Shown: positions 37,131-47,674 of the stretch, one piece after another | Numbering within the stretch: position 1 is the first letter of the stretch | Layout: every line of letters begins with the position of its first letter | Assembly (NCBI RefSeq): GCF_020745735.1 | Contig: NC_083413.1 | Location: 97,932,409-97,996,408 of the forward strand | Length of the DNA stretch: 64,000 bases | Direction: 5' to 3' | Source of the DNA: Hemiscyllium ocellatum | Lineage: Eukaryota | Notes under the pieces: generated by a model | Seen by the model: only the letters and a program-made list of their open reading frames with translations | Database searches by the model: none | What the model was told of the DNA's origin: nothing | Made by a program: the position numbers and the translations under genes

Positions 37131-37628
37131 TTCCTAAATATACAGATCCTACAAACAAAAATATGAAGCAATGTCCTGACTGTGATGTCACTTATATTCA
37201 CGATTTGCCAAGCAATTGGTCACCAATACATAAAGGTGAGAATCACATTTGAACTTTTATTCAGTGATGGCCACAATTTTCAACTAAAGTGCTGTCACAG
37301 CCTATATTTAAAATATAATGATATAGTTAAAATAATCATTCGTAATAAGCATTCCTCAAATAATAATATCCTTAAATAATAGATTAAAAGAAAATTAATT
37401 TAAAACATTCTGACATGGACAATGAAGAAAGAACATGTGCAGTCAGTATTTGTAATTTCTTGTTGAGAGTCAATAATGCACTGATGGGTACAGATAAGAG
37501 TCACACTTGAGAAATACCTGACTGCTTTATGAAGATGTAATGGTCTCTAATTACATGATTTGGATACACATAGATCGATCTGGATCAATAAACGATCTAA
37601 ATGCGTTCTCTCGGCTTTATATTCATAG

Positions 37629-37756
37629 ATTCAATAGATCGCACTTGGATTGAAGACTATGAGGATGATAACAGCAACATCTGGACAACTGCTTCCACGT
37701 TCATCACCTTGTTCTTCCTGAGTATTTTCTACAGCGCTGCCGTCACTCTGGTGAAG
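37629..37756 (+). CDS. IGHM: IgM TM1 exon
   Basis: (D)SIDRTWIEDYEDDNSNIWTTASTFITLFFLSIFYSAAVTLVK; CART-type transmembrane motif; donor aag|gtgaga. Confidence 0.98.
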
Positions 37757-37895
37757 GTGAGAATAATCACATCTTTCTCATGCCAAACAGCCCAATATGT
37801 TTTGTGAAATCTCTAAGTGTGCCATTGAATAAACATTAAATCTGAAAGTCCCTGATCATAAATATCTGTGTCATTGCTTTATCTCTCTTTTCCAG

Positions 37896-37904
37896 GTTAA
37901 GTGA
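37896..37904 (+). CDS. IGHM: IgM TM2 exon (VK-stop; KVK cytoplasmic tail)
   Basis: ctctcttttccag|GTT AAG TGA. Confidence 0.96.
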   Translation, partial: VK

Positions 37905-38332
37905 ATGAGTTGTGGACCCCTTTGATTTTCCTGATCTGCTTATCAAGGTCTCTGAATTCCCAATCTACAATCTGTCCTGTTACTGACTCTCACAGTGAGA
38001 TCACTTCAGTTTATCAGTGTGTAACTGAGACAATTATTGATGGATTTTCGTTTTTACTTTATATCTTTGAGATGGTTGTGGTTGGAAGAATTTGTAGCTT
38101 TCCTGTTGTTTGAAGCCCATTTGTTTTGTTTTTATTTGTTCCTTACTCAGAATGGTTGCCTACCCTTTATGATGAGCCTTTGTATTCCCTTTCTTGTGAC
38201 TGTTACTGATGTACAGAAAATTCCCACCTCACAGCGCATGTGTTCTCATCTCAATGTGGCACCCAGCCATTATATTCACTTCTGTTAGCTTTTACCTCAA
38301 CTTTTTGGATAAAAATGCTTTCTGAAATGGTT

Positions 38333-38338
38333 AATAAA
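38333..38338 (+). terminator. Probable poly(A) signal for membrane mu mRNA
   Basis: First AATAAA downstream of TM2. Confidence 0.6.
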
Positions 38339-40639
38339 TCTTGAATGAATATGCACTAACCTTGAGTTTGCTTCATTCTTTCTTCAAGGCCAGTCAGTAA
38401 TCATACATTTTCCCACATCCTACTCCTTTCCCAGCCAAATACTTTCACTTGTTCTGTTTGGTTGTGTTTCATCCAGTCATTTAGTTTAATGTTGCGCTGC
38501 CATGCCGCCCACTAATGTAAATACATCTTTCACACGATATGCCTGATGGAACACTCCAGAGGCAGAATGATTAGAGAACATTTCCTCTTATGCACCAAAG
38601 GTAAAGGCCTCGGGTCACGTAATGATACAAATGAGGAGCTTTGCTCCATCAGAAGCCTATAAAAGGCAGGCAAAGGAGTTTGAAAGTTTACTCTACACCG
38701 TCTAAACTACATGTACTCCCAATGTCCGGACAGCCTGGGTTAGTAATGCATAACTCACCACCTAAAATGCCCAACGAAACATTCATCAGCCAAAAATGTC
38801 AACGTTCAGTCAGGTAGTCAGACACAACACGTGCACAATCCAAGGGCGGATTCTCAGAACTGGAGATTTTCTCACACATAAATCTCATGGAGCACTATTC
38901 CTGGGATCTATTTGACACACCACACCTGTCAAATCCCAGGGAATGAGACTGGGATCTATCTGATACACGGATATTACTGAACAGCAACCCTCAAAAATAA
39001 TAAATCAGAGGTCGATGTTGACCAGGCAAGTCAGAGCTCATGAGTCCCTGAAATATTCAGCCATTGGGATCTATATGATGCAAGATGGAGTTGGGAACCA
39101 ATCATAGCAACTGTTCACAGAGTCTGGGAACTATCAGCAGAGGAGAACATTCTCAATTTCTCAGAGTTGGTGAGGTGTATCATCCCGGGAATAGTGTTGT
39201 GAATCAGTCACGCACCCAATCTCATAACTTCGCATTTTGTCAAAAATGTGGCACCTGAAACTAGATGCAATATTCCAGGTGAGACAAGAGACTGTTTGAT
39301 TTCAGTTTAACATAATTGCTTTGTGTTTGTTCTCTGCGGTGTTATTGATGAAGTAGGGTTTAGTTGCTCTTCTGTCCACGTATCATGGTACATTCCCTGA
39401 TTTGTGCACATACACACGGAGGATCCTCTGCTCCTTCACCCCCTTTGGGTTTACCCCTTACTATTGTATGTTCCCCTGAGTTCATCACAAAACAAAGAAG
39501 CACGTCACCCCTCCCTGAGACGGAGATCTATCTGACACACCGATATTAATGAATAACAATCCTCAAAAATGATCAATCACAGGTTGATTTCGATCAGAGA
39601 AGACAAAGATCAGAAGTTCTGGAATCCCTGCTGCTTTCCACGTCCTTTCCCACAACCCCTCTGTCAAACATGATGCTCTTAGCTGTTTTTCCAATATCCT
39701 AACATTTTACCTTAAATTGCTGTTAATATTTTTCTGTAATTTTGCATGATGGACCAAAGCACAGGTTGGTACAACAAGGACTCCAAACACTGAACTCGGA
39801 GAACGTACACAGTAAGGCAGCCTACATTCTGTAACAGCAAACACCCGTTAACAAATGGTTGACAAGTACAAAACAGCGGGTGAGATTAACTTGAACTCAT
39901 CAAAATAAAAGGAAAGTACTCTGGAGGTACAGCGGTGTAGGCAAGAGCTGGGCAGACAGAGTGGAGTTCGTTTTTTAAAATTCTTGTTTATATCCAGAAT
40001 TTTCCTTCCACACAATGGAACCTTTTATTTCCCATCACCCAAGTCCCCCACAGTCTCTTTATTTTCTGCTACTAACCATCACCAGTAAATTGAATAATTT
40101 ATGTTCAAAGCCCCTCCCACCATCAAAGATACGGCAGAAGTAGGAAGAGCTAGAAGGAGATTGGAGTCATTTTTTCTTGTGGTGATACATTACTGCTGTT
40201 CTAACACAAGGTATTTCTGAGGGATGGTCCAGTGAGGCTATGTGGATGTAACTCATAAATAAGAAGGGCATGATTACTTTGATGCAATTGTAATAGTCCC
40301 CCCAGTAGTCAGAGTGAAATTGAGTAATGAATATGTGGAGAGATCTTATTTATATGTAAGGATAATAGGATTGCAATAATCGCAAATTTTAACCTTCCAA
40401 ACATAAAGTGAGACAGTCATGATCTTAAGAGCTTGGTGAGGAATTTGGTAAGTGCTAAAGTCAATTTTCTTCATTAATATACAGATGTAACTCTCACAGA
40501 AAGAGCAAACCTGACCTACTCTTGTGCTATAAGGCAGGACAAGTGACTGAATGGTTAGTAGGGGAGCTTTTTGGGGCCTGGGTCATAATTCGATTAGTTT
40601 AAAACATCCATGGAAGGGATTGGCATTATATATAAGTTA

Positions 40640-41050
40640 AAGTTCTTAATTGAACTAGGGCAAATTTTGATAGTATGAGACAAAAATTTTCAAGAGTTGA
40701 TTGGAGTAGACTGTTTGCAGCTCAAGGGACGGCCGGCAAGAGTGAGGCTTTCAGAAGTGAGATAACGAGAGTTCGGAGGCGTGATGTTCCTGTTAGTGTG
40801 AAGATAAGGCTGGTAAGAGGAGGGAACACTGGAGGAATAAAGATATTGAGGCTCTGGTTCAGATTAAGAATGAATCATATATTAGATATCGATAAGTGAG
40901 ATTCAGTGAATCTCGAAGAGTAAAAGAGGGGCAGGGACATTCTAAAGAGGGAAATGAGGAGGGCAAGAAAGGAAAATGAGATAGCCTTGGGAGATAATGT
41001 TAAAGATAATCCAAAGAGATTCGTCTCGAACATTAAGAGCAAAGGGGTAG
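40640..41050 (+). mobile_element. CR1 ORF2 fragment next to the ERV
   Basis: RQKFSRVDWSRLF...GKSEAFRSEITRVRRRDVPVSVK. Confidence 0.7.
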
Positions 41051-41065
41051 ATCACAGAGTCATAG

Positions 41066-41781
41066 TGTGAAAGCTCAGCCACGTTACCTGGCTTTCTGTG
41101 AACTCCTGTCCAAGAACAGAGAACCACCACTTAATTAATACACTTCAACAGTACTGTTTTTATTCAAGACTATCAGTATATGAATATACTAACAAGGCTT
41201 GGGAGAGAAAAGCCACTTAGACCACACTGGGTACTAAAGAGTGGATTCTCTCACCGTTGATAGGGAAAGTTGTTACATTTATACATAACTTCTCACGCAA
41301 TACAGAGTCCAGTGTCATTAAGCTATCGCAAAGTATATTAATCAAAGTATACTTAATTGTAAGCTTACACATCAAAACATGCTCTAAATCTAACACACAG
41401 ACACCAGCACCCATCTGGTTAAGATATTAACACTATCTTTAAAGTCAGACATTAACTCCCATTATTTTTCTAACTCTTCAAAGCAACAGTCAAATCTCAG
41501 AGATGCTCTTTAAATGTAAACATTCAAACCTCATTAATGTGTTACAGCTAGACCGTAAGGCACCAGTACTCCTCTGATGGCTGCCCTTTGACCTAGTGCT
41601 GGTACTATGTCATTCTCAGATCTGTGGGATTGGACATGTTTACCCAGCCTGTGCAAGTTGCTGTATTAGCAATTTGTTCGCTCAGGATGCTGGGCAATAT
41701 AGCCAATGTGCTTCAGCCATTTTAGTTAACATTCTAAGCTCCATTTTCTATATGGTCACTATATCTATTTCCAATTTATCA
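41066..41781 (-). mobile_element. ERV 3' LTR (716 bp)
   Basis: Minus strand TGATAAATTGG...TTCACA; TATAAA at 41278-41283 and AATAAA at 41159-41164; 7 substitutions versus the 5' LTR. Confidence 0.98.
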
Positions 41782-41794
41782 TTCCTCCCTTTTT
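41782..41794 (-). promoter_or_regulatory. Polypurine tract
   Basis: Minus strand AAAAAGGGAGGAA immediately before the 3' LTR TG. Confidence 0.93.
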
Positions 41795-41812
41795 ATCATT
41801 TCATGATAACCT

Positions 41813-44194
41813 TCAGATATTAATACGTTGAAGTCGAGCAAACTCTTTTTCTGTTTCTACATCTAAATTGCCATCAGTCAAAAGTGTAGGTGTCAATCTT
41901 TCCTCCTGTGTCCATATCGGGCTTGTCTCCTTTTTACATCGGCGTCGTGCGGGACAAGTTTGACAACTTCTCTTAATAAGGGCCCAAGCGATTCGAATAC
42001 TAATACAAATGCCAAGAATGATGGCCAGAATGGAGAGAATGTCCAGCCCAATAGACTTTAGCCATCCCAACAGCTGACACAGTAGGTTCCACCAGGCACA
42101 GGCCTCCTTTGAGTCTGTGTGGTCCCGATCATATGCTTTAGTGGCAACATCGTTAATTAGTGAAGTGTCATTATATACAGCCGAGCTCTCATCCTCAATA
42201 TAGGTACAACACACCGGGCCAATAACTGCACATGCTCCCCCTTGGCTTGCTAAGAGATAATCTAAAGCCATCCTATTCTGTAAGGTCATCATTCGCAGGG
42301 CAGTCTGCTCGTGTTCCAAATGATCCAGGGCATCAGCAGTGGCCTTAGCTATTTCCTCAAGCTCGTGACTGAGATCACGAATCTGGTCCAGGGCTTGCAT
42401 GACCCCATAATTGGGCAGAAGGGCGCCAAAGAATCTGCTCCAAAATGTCTGTTGGTGGAACAGATCTCTCCTGCCTCGAGCATGAGGTTTGTAATTTGAA
42501 TTAAGATCATGCCACTTCTTCCATTCGCTGTTAACCTCTGGGGTTGAATTCAATAACCGGAATGCTGGGAGGTGATATATCAGCGCACAGGTGCCCTTAA
42601 AGTTAATAGGTAGGTATTCATAGGCTGTGTGATTGCATAACCAAAATGTCCCGTTAAGTGCAGGCGTAATACAGTGTTTAGCGTGGAAGAGGACAGCACC
42701 CATGCGGCTTGTAGGGGCGTCGGGACGAGTCTTTTCATTAACACAAAGGTCCCAATCGTCCTCCGGGAGGCCCCCAAAGGGGTCTGACCTGGTTTGATCA
42801 TGAGATATTATTACCTGGCATCTACTGTCTTCTAAGTCTCCCATGGCATGTTTTCCTGTATCACTATGAAAGCACCATTTAAATTCTGGCACCACCGCTA
42901 CTACAAAACCTTTTGGTACCACTTGCCAGGTGTCATAGCAACGCCTGAGGTAACCATACTGGATCGGGTATTGGTCAGAAATGTCTCTATAGGGAATAAT
43001 TTTTGGGGTTTGTTGGGTACGCCTGTAGGTAAGACTGCATAATTCATCCTGACCAGTAGGGGCCGCCATCATGAGGAATCCGGACCCTACCGAGTGTGGG
43101 CCTGGGACACATACTACTTTGGTATTCTTTCCTTCATCAGTCTGATTGTCAAGATGAGTTTTTACTGTTTCAAGGAAGCCAGTAAAGGTGTTGCCGGTAA
43201 GGCTCGTTGCTTCCGGTAAATTGCTTCTTTTCTTTCGGTGGGTCTTAAGAAAACGGTGCAGTGTGCGGACGAGATTTTTTAATTTTAAGTAACTGGGAAA
43301 GTTGAACAAATAGTCTCTAGGGTCCGCTGCAGTATTATTCACAAAGGCATGGCAGCACGTGCGTGTATCATTTAAGTACGTATAGGTATCCTCGGATTTG
43401 GTGCCATTTCCTCGTAGGCATACATACATTACTTCCTGGCAGATGCCAGTGTTATGAATTGTTATATTACTGGGACATTCTGTCCTAGCATCCAGAGTTG
43501 TAATATTATATCCAGGGCACCACTGTTGAAGTCCTGTTAGGTTTTGCAAATGCTGTACGCAATCCTGTGACCAGGCAATATTTTGGACAACTATGCTGCT
43601 ATAATTAGAAGTGGCCTTAGAGTAGTCAGGAAAACCGACCAAGGGACAAATTGTCTGGTTAAACCCACTGTTACCTGGGCCATGACGATCACACGTGGCA
43701 TTCACTCTGACCTGAACTATTCTTGTGGGGCCTGTGTTATTCAACATTTTGCTATTCTCCTGTTTCCATACCCACCAATCCCTGATGAGATTGCAAGGGG
43801 TAGCTAGGGTCTGACTTGGTTCACTTATATTATTAGACTGGGTACCTATCACTCTGGACAGTGATAAACTCATTAGGGGGGTGCTAATAGTCATATTGTC
43901 ACTCATAGTACTCACGAGATCCCTCGGGACTATTACTGTACCATTGGGGCCATCAGAAGCAATACGTGGTGCCATACTCACAAAACCTTTAGTCATTTTA
44001 GTAGTAACATCTGTAGAGTGTGAAGTCATCACGGGGGTGCCTGTTTTTATCCACGTCTCCGCGGTGGCTGCACTAGAGTTGCTTGTAGGCCCTTGGAGAG
44101 TAGGGGGTGCACCGCTGGTGGTGTTACTGGTCTGCATTGATGTCCCTGTCACTGTTAGGCAGAGGCCAAAGAGAAAGAGGGTAGGTTTCATCAT
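41813..44194 (-). CDS. env: Envelope glycoprotein, intact 793 aa
   Basis: Signal peptide; furin motifs RKKR (aa 320-323) and RGRR (aa 573-576); NGTFWLC...LP.NF.GTC; fusion peptide FFGALLPNYGV; ISD LQNRMALDYLLASQGG; CAVIGPVCC (CX6CC); TM helix. Confidence 0.98.
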   Translation of the reverse strand: MMKPTLFLFGLCLTVTGTSMQTSNTTSGAPPTLQGPTSNSSAATAETWIKTGTPVMTSHSTDVTTKMTKGFVSMAPRIASDGPNGTVIVPRDLVSTMSDNMTISTPLMSLSLSRVIGTQSNNISEPSQTLATPCNLIRDWWVWKQENSKMLNNTGPTRIVQVRVNATCDRHGPGNSGFNQTICPLVGFPDYSKATSNYSSIVVQNIAWSQDCVQHLQNLTGLQQWCPGYNITTLDARTECPSNITIHNTGICQEVMYVCLRGNGTKSEDTYTYLNDTRTCCHAFVNNTAADPRDYLFNFPSYLKLKNLVRTLHRFLKTHRKKRSNLPEATSLTGNTFTGFLETVKTHLDNQTDEGKNTKVVCVPGPHSVGSGFLMMAAPTGQDELCSLTYRRTQQTPKIIPYRDISDQYPIQYGYLRRCYDTWQVVPKGFVVAVVPEFKWCFHSDTGKHAMGDLEDSRCQVIISHDQTRSDPFGGLPEDDWDLCVNEKTRPDAPTSRMGAVLFHAKHCITPALNGTFWLCNHTAYEYLPINFKGTCALIYHLPAFRLLNSTPEVNSEWKKWHDLNSNYKPHARGRRDLFHQQTFWSRFFGALLPNYGVMQALDQIRDLSHELEEIAKATADALDHLEHEQTALRMMTLQNRMALDYLLASQGGACAVIGPVCCTYIEDESSAVYNDTSLINDVATKAYDRDHTDSKEACAWWNLLCQLLGWLKSIGLDILSILAIILGICISIRIAWALIKRSCQTCPARRRCKKETSPIWTQEERLTPTLLTDGNLDVETEKEFARLQRINI

Positions 44195-44229
44195 TTCACT
44201 TTTCTTCAGTCTTCCTTCCTTAGTGGCAC

Positions 44230-44250
44230 CTATGTCAAAGGAAGAGAAAA
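44230..44250 (-). promoter_or_regulatory. env splice acceptor
   Basis: Minus strand ttttctcttcctttgacatag|gtgcc between the pol stop and the env ATG; no ATG in the 35 nt before env. Confidence 0.75.
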
Positions 44251-44278
44251 TACATACAGCAGTAGCTGCCCCTTATTC

Positions 44279-47200
44279 TCATTCCTCCCCAATAAGCTTG
44301 CAATGGTGTAGGCTGATCCAGGCTTTACGACCCTCAACCTTAACAGCAGTAGGGGTGGTAAGGAGGACTTGGAAAGGGCCCTCCCACCGGGGTTCCAGGC
44401 CGTGCTTTCTGGCAAAGTTTTTGATCAATACAAAGGTGCCAGGTCGGATATTTGGGGGCAACGGCAAATCCGACCGCAAAGGCCTGGCAGCTTTAACCAT
44501 CGCATGGTTCATGCGTAAGGCATCAGTTAAGGATAAAACATAGAAGATCATCCCATCTGACATCTGATGTATGTCAACAGGAGAATCAGAGAAGTCAGAG
44601 CTAAAGGGAGTGCGGAGGGGCCGCCCATACAAAATCTCGGCAGGGGAGAGACGGTGGGCTCCTGCCGGGGACACCCGGAGTTGAAACAAGGCAATGGGCA
44701 AATTTTGGAGCCACGAGAGAACGTTGTCAGCTGACAGTTTGGCCAATTTAGATTTCAAGGTCTGATTAGCCCGTTCCACCACTCCCGCGCTCTGAGGGTG
44801 GTAAGCACAGTGGAACTGCTGCTTGATATTAAGAACTTTACAAAGTTCTTGACTAACAAAGGCCACAAAATGAGAGCCGTTATCGGAACTGAGCGTCCGC
44901 GGCACACCAAATCTAGGAATAATCTCCTTGAGTAAAGTCTTAACAACAGTGTCAGCCTTGTTATCGGCTGCAGGATAAGCCTCAATCCATTTACTAAAAA
45001 CATCAACAATAACTAAAACATATTTACACTTGGCCGTTCTGGGTAGCTCAATGAAATCCATTTGCAACGTGTCGAAGGGGCCTTCAGGCAGCGGGGTTCT
45101 ACCCTGTTCACAGGGGACCCCCTTGCCGGGGTTATGCTGCATGCATGTCAAGCATTTTTTAGTTTGTGCTCTAGCCAATTGCAGAACACTGGGATGCCAC
45201 CAAGATTCCCAGACTAAATCTGCAGTTTGTCTAGCCCCACAGTGTGTTAAGTGATGGACAACATCAACCACCCAGACGGCTAAAACATTAGTCATACACA
45301 CCTGGCCTGCTGGGGTTTTCCAAAGACCATCAACGTCCTTGAAACATCCCAGATCAGTCCATTCATGAAGTACATTGTCAGGGGCGTCCCCCTGTAAAGC
45401 AACAATATCAGCGGTGGAGGGAGGCTGCTTGTCAGGAACTGAGGCCCTAATAGATTTCCTCTGAACCATCATTAAGGAGCCAGGGAGCTCCGTAGCCTGT
45501 TTAGCAATTTCATCTGCCTGTTTATTTCCCATAGAAACCGGAACTGTTCCGGCAGAGTGCGCGGAACATTTAATAATGGCCAATTCGCGAGGACTTTGAA
45601 TGGCCTGTAACAAATGAATGACTTCCTCCCTGTGTACGATAGGGGTCCCCGACGAGGTGAGGAAACCTCGATTTTCCCATAGTGTCCCAAAATCATGGGC
45701 AACCCCGAAGGCATACCTAGAGTCAGTATAAATATTAGCTGTAACTCCGGAGGCTAGCTCACATGCCCTAGTTAATGCAATTAATTCAGCTTTCTGAGCG
45801 GATACCGCAGGTATGAGGCGACACTGTTCCACGATCCTGCCCTCCGCATCCACTATACCATATCCAGCCACCCTGTCTCCATTCTTGTTTACAGAGGAGC
45901 TACCATCCACGAACAAAGTGACATCGGGATGTGGGAGGGGGCGGTCAGTCAAGTCAAGTCTGGGCCTAGTGTCTAGCATGATTTTGTGGGCGCATTCGTG
46001 AACGGGGACAGGACTCTCAGCAGGAATATCAGACATAAACGTTGCCGGGTTAATACTTGCGTAATATTTGAAGGTCAACAAGGGGTTCCCTAAAAGGAAG
46101 ATTTCATAGCGAGACTGGCGGGCAGATGTCAGGTGTTGCGTCTGCATTTGGCCCAACATAGAAACTACTGCATGAGGACTAAAAACAGTGACCGGTTGTT
46201 GGAGCGTTGTGTTTGCTGCAGCCAACACCATCAAATACGTAGCAGCCAGTTGTTGAATACAATGAGGCTGACCACTAATCACAGAATCCAACTTAGTAGA
46301 AAAATATGCCACCGGCCTACGGGTACCTCCATGGTCCTGCGTCAAAACCGCGACCGCGCAGCCCGAGGTAGTGGCCACAAAAAGCTGAAAAGGCCTATCG
46401 TAGAGGGGTCTCCCTAAAGCAGGAGCATTGATTAGCGCCTGCTTCAACTGGTTAAATGTCTCAAGTGCAACTTCGGATAGAGTGAAGGGCTGTCGCTCAG
46501 TGGTAAAGGGAGTGAGAACCTTTACTAAGGGGGCAATGTTAGGAATCCATTGTCTGCAGAAGTTAACTAATCCCAAAAACCGTCTCATCTGCTTAGCCGT
46601 GGTAGGGGCCGGAGTATTGACAATCGGACCAATTCTATCCGGGGCCAACCTACGCTCATGCGCTGAAATTTCTACCCCCAGGAATTTAATTTTACGTTGG
46701 CCGATGACAACCTTGTCATAATTAGCTACATAACCTAACTCGGCCAGCTTGTTGAGGAGATGCTTAGTGTCCTTTTCATTCGACAGGGCATCAGGGCTGG
46801 CAAGTAAAAGGTCATCCACGTATTGTACCAGGGTGGATCGACAAGGCAAATGGATCTGGTCTAATTGCCTTTGGAGGATCTGAGAAAATATTGTGGGGGA
46901 ATCACAGAATCCCTGTGGTAGTCTCGTCCATGTATATTGCTTGCCCAAAAAGGTAAAGGCAAACAAATGTTGGCTGTCAGGGGCTAGGGGAATAGCAAAA
47001 TAGGCATTTTGTAGGTCTATCAAGGAGAACACACAGGCCTCTGGAGGGATTGCCGCAAGTATGGTGGCAGGATTAGGGACGATAGGGTGCAAGGGCGCCA
47101 CGATTTTGTTAATTTCATGGAGATCCTGAAGTAAGCGATACTCGCCAGGTTTACCTGGTTTAGCTACGGGAAGGATAGGGGTATTTGCTTGTGATTGACA

Positions 47201-47674
47201 CTCGATCAGAACTCCCTGAGCCAGTAGGTGATCAATCAGGCCACGTAGAGGGGCCACAGCTTGACTCTTGATAGGATACTGCTTAACACTGGGGATCCGT
47301 GCTCCTGGCCTTAACATGACACTGACAGGGGCAACCCCCTTCGCCAACCCCACGCAGTACTTGTCGGTGGCCCAGACCGCAGGGTCAATCTCGACCTGGC
47401 TGTAACCACCTTCATGCTGCCGTAGCGTGGATAATACTGGTTCAGGATGGTCAAGGTAGACGATAGAAAGGCCGTCTCTTAAGTCCTGATACCCCATTAC
47501 ATTCGGATCTGACAAGGCTACAGCCTGTGCTACCATGGGTCCTAAGTCCTTTGCTACATATCCCTTGTGAACTAAGACAGTTTGATGTGGGGCAATACCG
47601 GGCTCTTGGTCCCACAGCTCTGGTGGCACCCAAACGTACCAAGCCGTACCCTGTTTCCCATTAACTTTAGCCAA
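44279..47674 (-). CDS. pol: pol open segment (1131 codons): second half of a 2H-like domain, RT, RNase H, integrase
   Basis: LPQGFCDSP, QYVDDLLL; FVDGSS/AELIAL/YTDSRY/ADEIAK; HHLTH-CLTC, QMDF, SDNGSHF with E exactly 35 residues later, GPF motif. Confidence 0.98.
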   Translation of the reverse strand: MAKVNGKQGTAWYVWVPPELWDQEPGIAPHQTVLVHKGYVAKDLGPMVAQAVALSDPNVMGYQDLRDGLSIVYLDHPEPVLSTLRQHEGGYSQVEIDPAVWATDKYCVGLAKGVAPVSVMLRPGARIPSVKQYPIKSQAVAPLRGLIDHLLAQGVLIECQSQANTPILPVAKPGKPGEYRLLQDLHEINKIVAPLHPIVPNPATILAAIPPEACVFSLIDLQNAYFAIPLAPDSQHLFAFTFLGKQYTWTRLPQGFCDSPTIFSQILQRQLDQIHLPCRSTLVQYVDDLLLASPDALSNEKDTKHLLNKLAELGYVANYDKVVIGQRKIKFLGVEISAHERRLAPDRIGPIVNTPAPTTAKQMRRFLGLVNFCRQWIPNIAPLVKVLTPFTTERQPFTLSEVALETFNQLKQALINAPALGRPLYDRPFQLFVATTSGCAVAVLTQDHGGTRRPVAYFSTKLDSVISGQPHCIQQLAATYLMVLAAANTTLQQPVTVFSPHAVVSMLGQMQTQHLTSARQSRYEIFLLGNPLLTFKYYASINPATFMSDIPAESPVPVHECAHKIMLDTRPRLDLTDRPLPHPDVTLFVDGSSSVNKNGDRVAGYGIVDAEGRIVEQCRLIPAVSAQKAELIALTRACELASGVTANIYTDSRYAFGVAHDFGTLWENRGFLTSSGTPIVHREEVIHLLQAIQSPRELAIIKCSAHSAGTVPVSMGNKQADEIAKQATELPGSLMMVQRKSIRASVPDKQPPSTADIVALQGDAPDNVLHEWTDLGCFKDVDGLWKTPAGQVCMTNVLAVWVVDVVHHLTHCGARQTADLVWESWWHPSVLQLARAQTKKCLTCMQHNPGKGVPCEQGRTPLPEGPFDTLQMDFIELPRTAKCKYVLVIVDVFSKWIEAYPAADNKADTVVKTLLKEIIPRFGVPRTLSSDNGSHFVAFVSQELCKVLNIKQQFHCAYHPQSAGVVERANQTLKSKLAKLSADNVLSWLQNLPIALFQLRVSPAGAHRLSPAEILYGRPLRTPFSSDFSDSPVDIHQMSDGMIFYVLSLTDALRMNHAMVKAARPLRSDLPLPPNIRPGTFVLIKNFARKHGLEPRWEGPFQVLLTTPTAVKVEGRKAWISLHHCKLIGEE

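Noticed and set aside
16123-37904. Alternative isotype call (IgW or IgNAR)
   Set aside because: Four C domains, a CH1 with a light-chain Cys, an IgM-type tailpiece, a conventional VH and two D segments all fit IgM.
43881-44543. 220-codon + strand ORF antisense to the env start and IN end (possible antisense protein)
   Set aside because: It starts at GTG and has no recognisable domain. Its Val/Leu-rich makeup is what the reverse complement of Thr/Ser-rich env codons gives. No promoter evidence.
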